Notes: generated from the letters alone by a model not told the origin. A DNA stretch of 64,000 nt from an uncultured Albidovulum sp. (GCA_913064775.1 CAJYAD010000022.1:532-64531), one strand, 5' to 3'; numbered from the stretch's first letter, positions 43,861 to 54,247 are shown. Made by a program: numbers and translations.

Positions 43861-45681
43861 TCACCCCGCCGCCTTCTCCTCCAGCGCCAGCCATTCCTCT
43901 TCAGCCTTGGCCAGCACCTTCTGACGCTCGGCCATCATCTCGGTGGCCTTCTTGAACTTCACCGGCTCACGGCTGAACATCTCCGGATCGGCCAGCAATT
44001 GCCCCAGCTTGCCGATCTCGGCCTCCAGCCGCTCGATCACGCCGGGCAATTCCTCCAGACGATGTTTCTCCGTGAAATTAATCCCTTGCGCGGCTTTCTT
44101 CAGCTGCTGGTCACGCTCCGACACAGGCTTGCCCCCGGACCTGGACGCAGGCGCCGCCTCGGGCGCCCCGGCCAAGCCCCGCTGCGTGCGGTAATCCGAA
44201 TAGCCGCCAGCATAGACCACCGCGTTACCATCCCCCTCCATCGCGATGGTGGTGGTCGCGACGCGGTCGATGAAATCCCGATCATGGCTGACCAACAGCA
44301 CCGTTCCGTCGTAATCGCCCAGGATTTCCTGAAGCAGATCAAGGGTTTCGACATCCAGATCGTTGGTCGGCTCGTCCAGCACCAGCAGATTCGATTCCTG
44401 CGCCATCAGCCGCGCCAGCAAAAGCCGCGCCTTCTCGCCGCCCGACAGCGCCCGCACCGGGGCGCGGGCCTGGGCCTCGTCGAACAGGAAGTCCTTCAGA
44501 TAGCCCACGACATGCTTCGGCACGCCGCGCACCATAATCTGATCCGAGCGCCCCGACACCCGCATCGTCGGGTCGTTGGTCAGGTTCTCCCACAGGCTCG
44601 CATTCGGGGCGAGCTGCGCGCGGGCCTGATCGAAGACCGCAAGCTGCAGATTGGTCCCCAGGCGCACCGAGCCCGCGTCCGGCTCGATCGCTCCGGTCAG
44701 CAGTTTCAGCAGCGTCGTCTTGCCCACGCCATTGGGGCCGACAAAGGCCACCCGATCGCCGCGCTGTACCTTGATCGAGAATGGCCGCAGGATCAGCTTC
44801 TCGCCGAAAGCCATTGAAATGTCTTTAACTTCGACAACAAGCTTGCCCGACTTCTGGCCCGAATCGAGCGCCATCGCCGCCGTCCCCTGGCGCCGGATCT
44901 GGGCCGAGCGTTCAGCCCGAAGATCCTGCAGCGCCCGCACCCGGCCCTGATTGCGCTTGCGCCGGGCGCTGATGCCTTCGACCGCCCAGCGACCCTCGGC
45001 CTTGATCTTGCGGTCCAGCTTGTGGCGCGCCTGATCCTCTTCGGCCCAGACGGTCTCGCGCCAGTCCTCGAAGCCCTCGAAGCCCTGATCGCGGCGGCGC
45101 AGCGCGCCCCGGTCCAGCCACAGCGTCGCGCGCGCCAGCGCCCGCAGGAAGGCGCGGTCGTGGCTGATCAGGATGAAGGCCGTGCGGGTCTCGGCCAACT
45201 GCGCCTCAAGCCAGCCGATCGCCTCGATGTCCAGATGGTTCGTCGGCTCGTCCAGCAGCATCAGTTCCGGCGCCCGCGCCATCAGCCGCGCCAGCGCCGC
45301 GCGCCGCCGCTCGCCGCCCGAGGCGGTCGCGACCGGGGTGGCGGGGTCGAATTTCAGCCCCTCCGCCGCCATCTCGACGCGGTATTCCTCGCCCGGCTCC
45401 AACCCCTCCGCGGCATACTCGCCCAGCGTGCGATAGGCCGACAGATCCGGATCCTGTTCCATATAGCCGACCGACACGCCCGGCGGCACCATCCGCGCGC
45501 CGGCATCGGCCTCGACCAGCCCGGCCATCAGCTTCATCAGCGTCGACTTGCCAGAGCCGTTGCGCCCGACCAGCGCCAGCCGGTCGCCCGGCTGCACGCT
45601 CAGATCGAGCCCGTCAAAGATGGGATCCCCGCCAAAGGTGAGCGAGATACCGGAGAGCTGAAGAAGGGGTGCGCGTGCCAT
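43861..45681 (-). CDS. uup: ABC-F family ATPase (Uup-like)
   Basis: Two ABC domains (GRNGSGKS, SGGE, LDEPTNHLD; GPNGVGKT, LSGGE, DEPTNDLD) and C-terminal coiled coil ending EEWLALE. Confidence 0.9.
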   Translation of the reverse strand: MARAPLLQLSGISLTFGGDPIFDGLDLSVQPGDRLALVGRNGSGKSTLMKLMAGLVEADAGARMVPPGVSVGYMEQDPDLSAYRTLGEYAAEGLEPGEEYRVEMAAEGLKFDPATPVATASGGERRRAALARLMARAPELMLLDEPTNHLDIEAIGWLEAQLAETRTAFILISHDRAFLRALARATLWLDRGALRRRDQGFEGFEDWRETVWAEEDQARHKLDRKIKAEGRWAVEGISARRKRNQGRVRALQDLRAERSAQIRRQGTAAMALDSGQKSGKLVVEVKDISMAFGEKLILRPFSIKVQRGDRVAFVGPNGVGKTTLLKLLTGAIEPDAGSVRLGTNLQLAVFDQARAQLAPNASLWENLTNDPTMRVSGRSDQIMVRGVPKHVVGYLKDFLFDEAQARAPVRALSGGEKARLLLARLMAQESNLLVLDEPTNDLDVETLDLLQEILGDYDGTVLLVSHDRDFIDRVATTTIAMEGDGNAVVYAGGYSDYRTQRGLAGAPEAAPASRSGGKPVSERDQQLKKAAQGINFTEKHRLEELPGVIERLEAEIGKLGQLLADPEMFSREPVKFKKATEMMAERQKVLAKAEEEWLALEEKAAG

Positions 45682-45731
45682 GGGGCGCAGCTAATCGTGC
45701 CCTGTGGCGGCGTCAACTCCCCTTCTTCCCC

Positions 45732-45819
45732 CCTTCATCTTGGCAAAAGTACTCTCGGGGGTCGCCATTGTTGCGCCATTGGTCCGAGCGACAATGGCGA
45801 CGAGGGGCAGACAGCCCCT
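45732..45819 (-). repeat. REP-like element, long family, copy I with 41-bp payload
   Basis: Payload 45761-45801 bounded by GTCGCCATTG/CAATGGCGAC; hairpin AGGGGCTGTCTGCCCCT and tail GAGAGTACTTTTGCCAAGATGAAGG. Confidence 0.85.
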
Positions 45820-45832
45820 CGCCCCCGGCCCC

Positions 45833-46573
45833 TCAGCCCGCGACGCCGCGCAGCAGCCGTGCGCGGGCGGGCGGAATGGCCCGGATCTCCAACCCCGTGA
45901 ACACATGCAAAGTGCCCATGTCGCGATCCACCACCGCGTGATCGGACACCCACCCCCCCATCACCAGATAGCTGCGCAGCAAGGGCGGCATCCCCAGCAT
46001 GGCGCGCCGCGCGTCGGGCTTGCGCCGCCGCAGCACCCGGGCAAAGCGGAACACCTCGGGCGCGCGCACCCGCGGCAGCCAGCGCCGCGGCGCGAGGTGG
46101 CGCTCCTTCAGCATCGCGAAGGCGTCCAGATAGGCGCCCGCCTCGATCCCCGCGAAGGACGAGCAGCCAAACAGCAGCTCTACCCCGTTGTCGTCGACAT
46201 AGCGGGTCATCGCGCCCCAGGCGACGCGCAGGATGTCGGGATCATGCCAGGAGGGGTGCAGGCAGAAGCGGCCCATCTCGACCATCTTGCCCTGGAAGCC
46301 GGCCAGGGCGGAGAGTTCGTAATATTGCGCGGCATAGCTTTGGCCGATTTCGGCGCCGCCTTGCAGCGGCAGGATGCGAAAACAGCACACCAGCGTGCCC
46401 AGGCGGGTTTCCTCGATCAGGACATGGGCGCAGCGGGGATCGAAAGCGTCGGCATCCAGCCCCTCTTCGGCACAGCCGCGAAAGGCCAGCCAGCGCAGAC
46501 GCTGCGCCGCGCGCAAATCCTTGGGGGTGGTGGCAAAGCGGGCCTGGTAGCGGCCCTTGCGGAATGCCGGCAT
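45833..46573 (-). CDS. GNAT-family N-acyltransferase, OlsB-like (ornithine lipid synthesis)
   Basis: AQRLRW, D.FDPRCAHVLI, EMGRFC, LFGCSSF, PPLLRSYLVMGGWVSDHAVVD. Confidence 0.8.
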   Translation of the reverse strand: MPAFRKGRYQARFATTPKDLRAAQRLRWLAFRGCAEEGLDADAFDPRCAHVLIEETRLGTLVCCFRILPLQGGAEIGQSYAAQYYELSALAGFQGKMVEMGRFCLHPSWHDPDILRVAWGAMTRYVDDNGVELLFGCSSFAGIEAGAYLDAFAMLKERHLAPRRWLPRVRAPEVFRFARVLRRRKPDARRAMLGMPPLLRSYLVMGGWVSDHAVVDRDMGTLHVFTGLEIRAIPPARARLLRGVAG

Positions 46574-46779
46574 GGCGCGATCTCCACCCCCGGCGCGTGT
46601 TGTCCGGGGCGGCGCCGGCGGGTGCGCTCAATCTATCACGAAAATTCTAACGCAACCACGTCAGACCGCGCCAAATGCAGTTCGCCCCCAGTTGGCCCGG
46701 GGTAGCCCCCACGTCAGGCCCCAGTCAGGACCAGCCGGCCCCCGAGGATCTTGCCCAGGGGGGCCGTCGGTGCGGCGCG

Positions 46780-47247
46780 TCAGCCGCCGCTCTTGTTGAG
46801 GAACTGGCTGGCGTTGAACTTGCCGATGCTGCCGAACAGCTGCTGCAGGAAGCCGATGCCACTGACCCTGGGCGTCGTCACCCGACGGCTCAGCGCGACA
46901 ACATGGCCCTGCTTCAGACCGAATCGTTCGACATTGGAAACCCGCCCGGCCTTGTCGAAGCTGATCGCCACGACTTCGCGCTTGGTTTCCCGGCTCGGCC
47001 CTGCGGCCACGGTCTTGAACCAGCTTTGCACATAGAACCATTCCGCCGGCTTCATCAGCCCGGCAGTGGTCGGATCACCGATCTTGGCGCGCACCGTGTC
47101 GCGGGTGTCCTTGTCCACTTGAATCTGGGAAAGTTCCTGCGCGTCAGGGACATAGCCATGATTGGAATAGATCGGACTGCAGGCGCCGAGCACCACGATC
47201 GCCAGGCCCAGCAACCCAACGCGCATCCGGGAAAGCGCCTGTCTCAT
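46780..47247 (-). CDS. bamE: Outer membrane protein assembly lipoprotein
   Basis: Lipobox LGAC, HGY, W.YV, FDKAGRV, FLQQLFGSIG. Start moved to ATG 47247. Confidence 0.88.
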   Translation of the reverse strand: MRQALSRMRVGLLGLAIVVLGACSPIYSNHGYVPDAQELSQIQVDKDTRDTVRAKIGDPTTAGLMKPAEWFYVQSWFKTVAAGPSRETKREVVAISFDKAGRVSNVERFGLKQGHVVALSRRVTTPRVSGIGFLQQLFGSIGKFNASQFLNKSGG

Positions 47248-47470
47248 CCCACCCTCTTGCCTTGCAGCCTCAAGCCTTTTATCCGGCTTACAGAAGGACG
47301 GGCGCGGGTTCAAGGAAGGAACGCGTGCCGGATTGCGCACCAGGCGGCGCCACACCGGACCCACGCCGGGCCCACACCGACCCGCCGGGTGCCGACACCG
47401 CCCGCGATCCGCCCGCAATTCGTGCACCATGCCGCCACACCGCGCGCCCCGCAACCAGGAGACCGCAGCC

Positions 47471-48073
47471 ATGACCGACCCCCTGCCCGTCTCGATGCCG
47501 CTGCGCGTCGCCGACCTGCCGGCGCGCAAACCCAAGCGCTTCGATCTGCGCCCCGCGCCCGAGGTCCTGCCGCTGGTCGCCGGGCTGATCGGCGCCGAGT
47601 CGGTCCGCAAGCTCAGCTTCAAGGGCGAGATCCGGCCCGCAGGCAAACACGATTTCGTGCTTGAAGGCGATCTGGGCGCCACCGTGGTGCAGGCCTGCGT
47701 GGTCACCCTGGCCCCCGTCACCACCCGGATCGAAGAGCATGTGACCCGCCGCTACCTGACCGAGATGCCCAGCCCGGCCGAGCATTCCGACCCCAGCGCC
47801 GAGGGCATAGAGATGCCCGAAGACGATACCGCCGAGCCGCTGCCAGAGGTGATCGACCCGGGCTCGGTGCTGCTCGAGGCGCTGGCGCTGGCGATGCCGC
47901 TTTATCCGCGTGCCGAGGATGCCGCGCTGGATCAGGCCGATTTTTCCCCGCCCGATGCCGCGCCGCTGACCGACGCGGCGCTGAAACCCTTTGCGGGGCT
48001 TGCGGCGCTGCGCGATAAGCTGGAAAATGGCGGCAACGACAGTGACGGAAGTGACGGCGGCACGCCGGCGTGA
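47471..48073 (+). CDS. YceD/DUF177 family protein
   Basis: VQACVVTLAPV, EALALAMPLYPR, PFAGLAALRDKL; upstream of rpmF. Start moved to ATG 47471. Confidence 0.88.
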   Translation: MTDPLPVSMPLRVADLPARKPKRFDLRPAPEVLPLVAGLIGAESVRKLSFKGEIRPAGKHDFVLEGDLGATVVQACVVTLAPVTTRIEEHVTRRYLTEMPSPAEHSDPSAEGIEMPEDDTAEPLPEVIDPGSVLLEALALAMPLYPRAEDAALDQADFSPPDAAPLTDAALKPFAGLAALRDKLENGGNDSDGSDGGTPA

Positions 48074-48135
48074 CCCAGGCCCCGGTTCGCCCTTCGGCGC
48101 CCGGCGGGGATGGCGGACAAAGGGGCAGAAAAGAC

Positions 48136-48163
48136 TTGCACCGGCTCAGAATCGCAGTATGTT
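48136..48163 (+). promoter_or_regulatory. Sigma70-type promoter upstream of rpmF
   Basis: TTGCAC-N16-TATGTT. Confidence 0.45.
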
Positions 48164-48275
48164 CCGCGCCTCGATCAGATCGCGGGAACGTGTGCAACGT
48201 GGCAGGGGCCGCGCCGCATTTTTTCGCAGGAAAAGACACCGGGGCACAGCCCCTCAAACGACCCGAGGATGACAC

Positions 48276-48482
48276 ATGGCTGTCCCGCAGAACCGCGTTA
48301 CCAAATCCCGCCGCAACATGCGCCGTGCGCATGATGCGCTGGTCGCCGCCAATCCGCACGAATGCCCGGAATGCGGCGAACTCAAGCGCCCGCACCATGT
48401 CTGCCCGTCCTGTGGCCATTATGACTCGCGTGAAGTCGTGGCCTCTGCGGTCGAGGTCGACCTGGACGACGACGCGGCGTAA
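48276..48482 (+). CDS. rpmF: 50S ribosomal protein L32
   Basis: [24 protein letters not shown]...HHVCPSCG. Confidence 0.97.
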   Translation: MAVPQNRVTKSRRNMRRAHDALVAANPHECPECGELKRPHHVCPSCGHYDSREVVASAVEVDLDDDAA

Positions 48483-48533
48483 GTTCTCCCTGATGTCACA
48501 GGGGCCGCGCGGTGCGGCTGGAGGGAGACCGGC

Positions 48534-49790
48534 ATGACCGGACCCGAAATCCAATCCGGCGCGGACACCGCGCCCGTCAGGGCGCCGGTTCCGGCGGCCC
48601 AGCCCGTCGGGGGACCCGTGGTGATTTCCGTCGATGCGATGGGCAGCGATCTGGGGCCTGCGGCGGTGGTCGCGGGGCTTGAGAAATTCGCCACCCGCGA
48701 TTCCGACACCCAATTCCTGCTGCATGGCGACGAGGCGATCCTGACAAGCCTGATCGCCAAGCGCCGCCATCTGGCCGGCCGGGTCACGATCCGCCATGCC
48801 GAGGGCGTCGTGACCATGGATGAAAAGCCCAGCCAGGTGGTGCGCAACGCCAAGGGCACGTCGATGTACGGCGCGATCGAGAGCGTACGCGACGGCGAGG
48901 CCGAGGTGGCCGTCTCTTGCGGCAATACCGGCGCGCTGATGGCGCTGTCGATGATCCGGCTGCGCAAGATTGAGGGCGTCAACCGCCCGGCGATCGCCTG
49001 CCTCTGGCCCTCGCGCAGTCCGACCGGCTTCAATCTGATGCTCGACGTCGGCGCCGACATCAAGGCCGACGCCCGCGACCTGCTGCAATATGCGATGATG
49101 GGCGCCTCTTACGCGCGCAACGGCATGGGCATCAAGCGGCCCCGGATCGGCCTGCTCAATGTCGGCACCGAAGAGCACAAGGGCCGGGCCGAGCTGAAGC
49201 AGGCCAATGAGATGATCGCCGCCGCCACCGAGGTGGGGGGGTTCGATTACATCGGCTTCATCGAGGGCGGCGATCTGCCGTCGAACAAGGTCGATGTGAT
49301 CGTCACCGACGGCTTCACCGGCAATGTCGCGCTGAAGACCGGCGAGGGCACCGCCAAGCTGATCGGGGATTTCCTGCGCGACGCCTTCAAGGCGACGCCG
49401 CTCAGCCGGATCGCGGCGCTGCTGGCGCTGGCCTCGCTGCGCCGCTTCCAGAAGCGGATCGACCCGCGCCGGGTGAATGGCGGGGTGTTTCTGGGCCTTA
49501 ACGGCACGGTGGTGAAATCGCATGGCGCGGCCGACGCGACCGGCGTGGCCGCCGCGCTGCAACTGGCCTCGCAGCTGGCGCGTTCCGGGTTTCAGGAACG
49601 GCTTGCGGCCCGGGTTGCATCCGCCCCTGCCCCGTTGCAGGATGACGGCGCCGAGGGCACAGGACAGCAGACGGGGCCAGAAACAGGGCCCGAAACTGGG
49701 CCAGAAGCGGGCCCACAGCAAACGGGATCCGACGGAAAGGATCCGGATGCCGACCCTCAGGGGGATGGCAGCGAAAGTAGGGCCGAATGA
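48534..49790 (+). CDS. plsX: Phosphate acyltransferase
   Basis: DAMGSD, GNTGALM, LLNVGTEEHKG, VTDGFTGN, VVKSHG; low-complexity extensions at both ends. Confidence 0.95.
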   Translation: MTGPEIQSGADTAPVRAPVPAAQPVGGPVVISVDAMGSDLGPAAVVAGLEKFATRDSDTQFLLHGDEAILTSLIAKRRHLAGRVTIRHAEGVVTMDEKPSQVVRNAKGTSMYGAIESVRDGEAEVAVSCGNTGALMALSMIRLRKIEGVNRPAIACLWPSRSPTGFNLMLDVGADIKADARDLLQYAMMGASYARNGMGIKRPRIGLLNVGTEEHKGRAELKQANEMIAAATEVGGFDYIGFIEGGDLPSNKVDVIVTDGFTGNVALKTGEGTAKLIGDFLRDAFKATPLSRIAALLALASLRRFQKRIDPRRVNGGVFLGLNGTVVKSHGAADATGVAAALQLASQLARSGFQERLAARVASAPAPLQDDGAEGTGQQTGPETGPETGPEAGPQQTGSDGKDPDADPQGDGSESRAE

Positions 49791-50761
49791 CAACACGCGC
49801 CGTGGTTGAGGGCGTCGGGCATTACCTGCCCGAACGCGTCGTGCCGAACAGTGAATTCGAAGCGACGCTGGACACATCCGACGAATGGATCCGGGCGCGT
49901 TCCGGCATCGAGCGGCGCCATTTCGCGGCCGAGGGCGAAACCACCTCGGATCTCGCCGCCGCCGCCGCGCGGGCCGCGCTGCAGGATGCCGGGCTGGCCG
50001 CCAGCGATCTGGACGCGATCATCGTCGCCACCTCGACCCCGGACCTCACCTTCCCCTCGGTCGCGACCATGGTGCAGGAACAGCTGGGCATGACCCAGGG
50101 TTTTGCCTTCGATATTCAGGCAGTCTGCGCGGGCTTCGTCTATGCGCTGGCCAATGCCAATGCGCTGATCGTTTCGGGTCAGGCGCGGCGGGTGATGGTG
50201 ATCGGCGCCGAAACCTTCAGCCGGATCATGGATTGGACCGACCGCTCGACCTGCGTGCTGTTCGGCGATGGCGCCGGCGCGCTGATCCTGAACGCGGCGG
50301 AAGGCGACGGCAGCGGCGCCGACCGGGGCATCCTGTCCACCGATCTGCATTCCGACGGCCGGTTTCGGGATCTTCTTTACGTCGACGGCGGGGTGTCGAA
50401 AACCGGCACCACCGGCCATCTGCGGATGATGGGCAAGGAAGTCTTCCGCCATGCGGTGGAAAAGCTGGCCGAAACCGCCCATACGGCCCTGGAAAAAGCC
50501 GGGCTTAGCGGTGCCGATGTCGACTGGATCGTGCCGCATCAGGCCAATATCCGCATCATCACCGCCACCGCCAAGAAGATGGGCCTGCCGATGGACCGCG
50601 TGGTGCTGACGGTGGCCGATCACGGCAATACCTCGGCCGCGTCGATTCCCCTGGCGCTGTCGGTGGGATGCCAGCGCGGGCAGATCAAGACCGGCCAATT
50701 GGTCGTGATCGAGGCGATTGGCGGCGGTCTGGCCTGGGGTTCGGTGGTTTTGCGCTGGTAA
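49787..50761 (+). CDS. fabH: Beta-ketoacyl-ACP synthase III
   Basis: AVCAGF, PHQAN, GNTSAASIP catalytic triad; GGGLAWG. Confidence 0.96.
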   Translation: MTTRAVVEGVGHYLPERVVPNSEFEATLDTSDEWIRARSGIERRHFAAEGETTSDLAAAAARAALQDAGLAASDLDAIIVATSTPDLTFPSVATMVQEQLGMTQGFAFDIQAVCAGFVYALANANALIVSGQARRVMVIGAETFSRIMDWTDRSTCVLFGDGAGALILNAAEGDGSGADRGILSTDLHSDGRFRDLLYVDGGVSKTGTTGHLRMMGKEVFRHAVEKLAETAHTALEKAGLSGADVDWIVPHQANIRIITATAKKMGLPMDRVVLTVADHGNTSAASIPLALSVGCQRGQIKTGQLVVIEAIGGGLAWGSVVLRW

Positions 50762-50851
50762 ACCCATCTTAACGCCCGCTTTTAAGCCGTTGACATTGAC
50801 TCGGAAAATCAACTCGCCCATCCTTCGCGCAATCAACCCCAGGGGGACGCG

Positions 50852-51154
50852 ATGAGTGAGAAGACCTTGACCCGCATGGATCTGAGCGAAGCGGTGTTTC
50901 GTGAGGTGGGGCTATCGCGGAACGAATCCGCGCAGCTTGTTGAAAGCGTATTGCAGCATATGTCCGATGCGCTGGCCTCGGGCGAGACGGTGAAGATCTC
51001 GTCCTTCGGCACGTTTTCGGTGCGCGACAAGGCGGCCCGCGTCGGCCGCAACCCCAAGACCGGGGAAGAAGTGCCGATCCACCCCCGCCGTGTGCTGACC
51101 TTCCGCCCTTCGCATCTAATGAAGGACCGGGTCGCCGCCGGCAACCGGGGCTGA
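50852..51154 (+). CDS. ihfA: Integration host factor alpha subunit
   Basis: [21 protein letters not shown]; conserved fabH-ihfA-merR order. Confidence 0.95.
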   Translation: MSEKTLTRMDLSEAVFREVGLSRNESAQLVESVLQHMSDALASGETVKISSFGTFSVRDKAARVGRNPKTGEEVPIHPRRVLTFRPSHLMKDRVAAGNRG

Positions 51155-51166
51155 GGCCCCGCGCGG

Positions 51167-52096
51167 ATGGAGAAGTCTCCCGACGCCTTCCGCACCATCA
51201 GCGAAGTGGCCGACGTGTTGGACACGCCCGCCCATGTGCTGCGGTTCTGGGAAAGCCGGTTCACGCAGGTCAAGCCGGTGAAACGCGCCGGCGGCCGGCG
51301 CTATTACCGGCCGTCCGATGTGGCGCTGCTGGGCGGTATCAAACATCTTCTGCATGATGAGGGCATGACGATCCGCGGCGTCCAGAAGATGCTGCGCGAG
51401 CAGGGCATCCGCCATGTCGCGGCCCTGGGCGGCGACGATGCGCCCGGCGAGACGATCGACGCCCCGCCGCCGCTTGCCACCTCGGCGCCCGCGCCCGCGC
51501 CGCTGGACAATATCGTCGCCATGCCTGCGAGCCGCCCCGCGCCTGAGCCGGAGCCGGACGTGGCGCTTGAAGTTGAGCCCGAAACCGCGCCGGAACAGGC
51601 CCAAGCCCCGAAGCCGGAGGCGGCACCCGAAGTGTTGCCGGAGGCGGAGCCCTCCTCGATGCCTGCGGCGGAGTCCTTGCCGCAAGACCCGATGCCCGAA
51701 TTCTCCTTCGGGGCACCGACCGAGGCCGAGTTGGAGCAGGCAACGTCCCCCGAACGCGAACCCGAGCCTGCGCCTGAACCCGAACCCGAGTCGCCCCCGG
51801 AAACGGCGCCCAAGCCGGAAGTCGCGGCCGCCGATCAGGCACCGGAACCGCCGGGCCCGCCGCTCTGGGACGCCGCGCCCGCGCCGCCGCTCACCGACGC
51901 CTCGGCGCCCGCGCTGCCCGACCTGCCGCCCGAGCCCGACTTTTCCGACGCTCCCGGCCCGACGCTCGCCGCGCGACTGCGTGCGCTGCCGCCCGCCGCC
52001 CCCGGCCCCGATCTGGAGCCCCTCGCGGCGCTGGCCGACCGGCTGAAAGCACTGCGTCACAAGATGGCCGGCCATGCCCGGCGCGGTCACGGATAA
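51167..52096 (+). CDS. MerR-family transcriptional regulator with long Pro/Glu-rich tail
   Basis: FRTISEVA...HVLRFWES.F...[11 protein letters not shown]; usual gene downstream of ihfA; no cysteines. Confidence 0.9.
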   Translation: MEKSPDAFRTISEVADVLDTPAHVLRFWESRFTQVKPVKRAGGRRYYRPSDVALLGGIKHLLHDEGMTIRGVQKMLREQGIRHVAALGGDDAPGETIDAPPPLATSAPAPAPLDNIVAMPASRPAPEPEPDVALEVEPETAPEQAQAPKPEAAPEVLPEAEPSSMPAAESLPQDPMPEFSFGAPTEAELEQATSPEREPEPAPEPEPESPPETAPKPEVAAADQAPEPPGPPLWDAAPAPPLTDASAPALPDLPPEPDFSDAPGPTLAARLRALPPAAPGPDLEPLAALADRLKALRHKMAGHARRGHG

Positions 52097-52161
52097 GCGG
52101 CGCAAATTCATGCGCATTGGCTCTTGCCCCCGCCGTGAAATCCGTTATGTGTCCTCCCCGT

Positions 52162-52239
52162 CGGGCCGTGGCGCAGCCTGGTTAGCGCGTCCGTCTGGGG
52201 GACGGAAGGTCGCGAGTTCGAATCTCGCCGGCCCGACCA
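52162..52239 (+). tRNA. tRNA-Pro (anticodon GGG)
   Basis: CGGGCCGTGGCGCAGCCTGGTTAGCGCGTCCGTCTGGGGGACGGAAGGTCGCGAGTTCGAATCTCGCCGGCCCGACCA. Confidence 0.95.
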
Positions 52240-52242
52240 ACA

Positions 52243-52281
52243 AAGAACCGCCCGTATCCCTTTGGGGTACGGGCGTTCTTC
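52243..52281 (+). terminator. Hairpin after tRNA-Pro
   Basis: AAGAACCGCCCGTATCCC-TTT-GGGGTACGGGCGTTCTT, followed by CTAT. Confidence 0.55.
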
Positions 52282-52297
52282 TATCCGGAGGGTCCGA

Positions 52298-53377
52298 ATG
52301 ACGACCGGCGTGCTGCCCGTGCAGGAACTGAATGCGATGATCGACGCGGGCGCGATCGCGGCCGATCTGCCGTTTGCGACGGGTCAGGTCCAACCCGCCA
52401 GCCTTGATCTGCGGCTGGGCACGCGCGCTTACCGCGTGCGGGCCTCGTTCCTGGCCGGCAAGCACCGCCAGGTCGCCGACCGGATCGCCGAATTCCAGAT
52501 GCATGAGGTCGATCTGACCGGCGGCGCGGTGCTGGAAAAGGGCTGCGTCTATGTCGTGCCGCTGATGGAACGCCTGACCCTGCCCGACGGCATCCAGGCG
52601 GTGGCCAACGCCAAAAGCTCAACCGGGCGGCTGGATCTTCTGACCCGCACGATCACCGATGGCGGCACCGAATTCGACCGCATCCCGCCGGGCTATTCCG
52701 GCCCGCTCTACGCCGAGATATGCCCGCGCTCTTTCTCGGTTCTGGTGCGGCCCGGGATGCGGCTGAACCAGATCCGCTTTCGCCGTGGACAGGCGGTGCT
52801 GTCGGATGCGGAACTGGCCGATCTGCACGCAAGTGTGGGCCTTGTCAGCGGCACGGCGGTGATCTCGGACGGGTTGGGGTTTTCGGTCGATCTGCAGCCC
52901 GCGTCGGGCAGTCTGGTCGGCTACCGCGCCAAGCCCCACACCGGGGTGATCGACCTCGACCGCATCGACGCCTATGACCCGGCCGAGTTCTGGGAGGAGG
53001 TCCACAGCCGCGATGGCCGCATCATCCTCGATCCCGGCGCCTTCTACATTCTGGTCAGCCGCGAGGCGGTGACCATCCCGCCCGACCACGCCGCCGAGAT
53101 GGCCCCCTATCTGGCCATGGTGGGCGAATTCCGGGTGCATTACGCGGGCTTCTTCGATCCGGGCTTTGGCTGGGCCGAGGCCGGCGGCGCCGGATCGCGC
53201 GGTGTGCTGGAGGTGCGCTGCCACGAGGCGCCCTTCGTGCTGGAACATGGGCAGGTCGTCGGCCGTCTGGTCTATGAGCGCATGGCGGCACGGCCCGAAA
53301 CGCTTTATGGTACGGGGATCGCCTCGAACTATCAGGGTCAGGGGCTGAAACTGTCGAAACATTTCCGCGCGCCCTGA
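52298..53377 (+). CDS. dcd: dCTP deaminase (long alphaproteobacterial type)
   Basis: QPASLDLRLG, ANAKSSTGRLD, HYAGFFDPGFG, VLEVR, YQGQ. Start moved to ATG 52298. Confidence 0.92.
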   Translation: MTTGVLPVQELNAMIDAGAIAADLPFATGQVQPASLDLRLGTRAYRVRASFLAGKHRQVADRIAEFQMHEVDLTGGAVLEKGCVYVVPLMERLTLPDGIQAVANAKSSTGRLDLLTRTITDGGTEFDRIPPGYSGPLYAEICPRSFSVLVRPGMRLNQIRFRRGQAVLSDAELADLHASVGLVSGTAVISDGLGFSVDLQPASGSLVGYRAKPHTGVIDLDRIDAYDPAEFWEEVHSRDGRIILDPGAFYILVSREAVTIPPDHAAEMAPYLAMVGEFRVHYAGFFDPGFGWAEAGGAGSRGVLEVRCHEAPFVLEHGQVVGRLVYERMAARPETLYGTGIASNYQGQGLKLSKHFRAP

Positions 53378-53404
53378 CCGGGCCGCGCGCAGCGGAGCCT
53401 GCCC

Positions 53405-53863
53405 ATGCGTCCTGCCATCCGTCCCGCCTTTACCGCCGCCGCGGCGCTGCTGCTGGCGCTTGCCCTGCCCGCCGTCGCGCGCGCCGGCACCGCGCTGACC
53501 TTCGGCATCTATCTGTGGACGAGCCACGGAGAATCGCCGACCCGGGCGCAGTACCTCTCGATCGCCGACGGCAAGACCGAGCTGGAGACCGACGGCACCG
53601 CGGGCTACAAGAGCACGACCCATGCCACGACCGAGGCCGAGACCAAGCTGGTCGAGGCCGCGATCGAGAGCCGGATGAAGGCGCTGACCCTGCACCCAGG
53701 CGCCGCGCCCGCCACGCCCTATGTCGTGGTCGAATGGAATTTCGCCGCCGATCAGACCTATAGCGAGGGTCGCGGCGCCTATCCGCTGAAGGACGTGCCG
53801 CCCAGCGTGCTGGCGCTGCAAAAGCAGATTTTCGGCGCGACTTACGACGCCAAGGGGAAGTGA
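53405..53863 (+). CDS. Hypothetical exported protein
   Basis: Signal peptide ending AVARA; host-like codon usage; no motif recognised. Confidence 0.7.
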   Translation: MRPAIRPAFTAAAALLLALALPAVARAGTALTFGIYLWTSHGESPTRAQYLSIADGKTELETDGTAGYKSTTHATTEAETKLVEAAIESRMKALTLHPGAAPATPYVVVEWNFAADQTYSEGRGAYPLKDVPPSVLALQKQIFGATYDAKGK

Positions 53864-53923
53864 CCGCACGGTCTGCGCCCGAAAGCGGCCAATGGCCCCG
53901 CCGTGCCCTTCAGAACCGGCCCC

Positions 53924-54169
53924 TCAGAACCGCCCGAAGCGGCGCATCAGGCGCAGCGCCTGTTGGGCGCGGCGGGTGGTGTCGCGCGATTGCCCCGCCT
54001 GACCCGGCGGCGCCGCAGGCCCCGCGCCCCCACTCTGGCCCCCGCGCTGGCCCCCGCGCTGGCCCCGACCCCGGCCCGAGGCCAGATCGATGCCCTTGCT
54101 TACGCCCTTGTTCATCAGCCGCCGCATCACCATGCGCAGCACCATGTTGAGAAGTCTCGTCGGATCCAT
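53924..54169 (-). CDS. Small hypothetical protein
   Basis: MDPTRLLNMVLRMVMRRLMNKGVSKGIDLA..., Gly/Gln linker, QALRLMRRFGRF end; directly after scpB. Start moved to ATG 54169. Confidence 0.65.
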   Translation of the reverse strand: MDPTRLLNMVLRMVMRRLMNKGVSKGIDLASGRGRGQRGGQRGGQSGGAGPAAPPGQAGQSRDTTRRAQQALRLMRRFGRF

Positions 54170-54247
54170 CCCGGCGCTCCCGTTCCTGCCCACTCCTGCC
54201 CGCGGCCACCAGACTAGCCGCCCGGAATGGCGAAAGCATGGCGCGGA

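Noticed and set aside
50762-50851. CtrA, FNR or IHF sites upstream of ihfA
   Set aside because: TTAA-N9-TTAA and TTGAC-N7-ATCAA have the wrong spacing, and the IHF-like word has a mismatch in the core; too weak to call.
51167-52096. MerR protein as the CueR for the copA promoter
   Set aside because: It has no cysteines for metal binding and is the usual ihfA-linked MerR-like gene.
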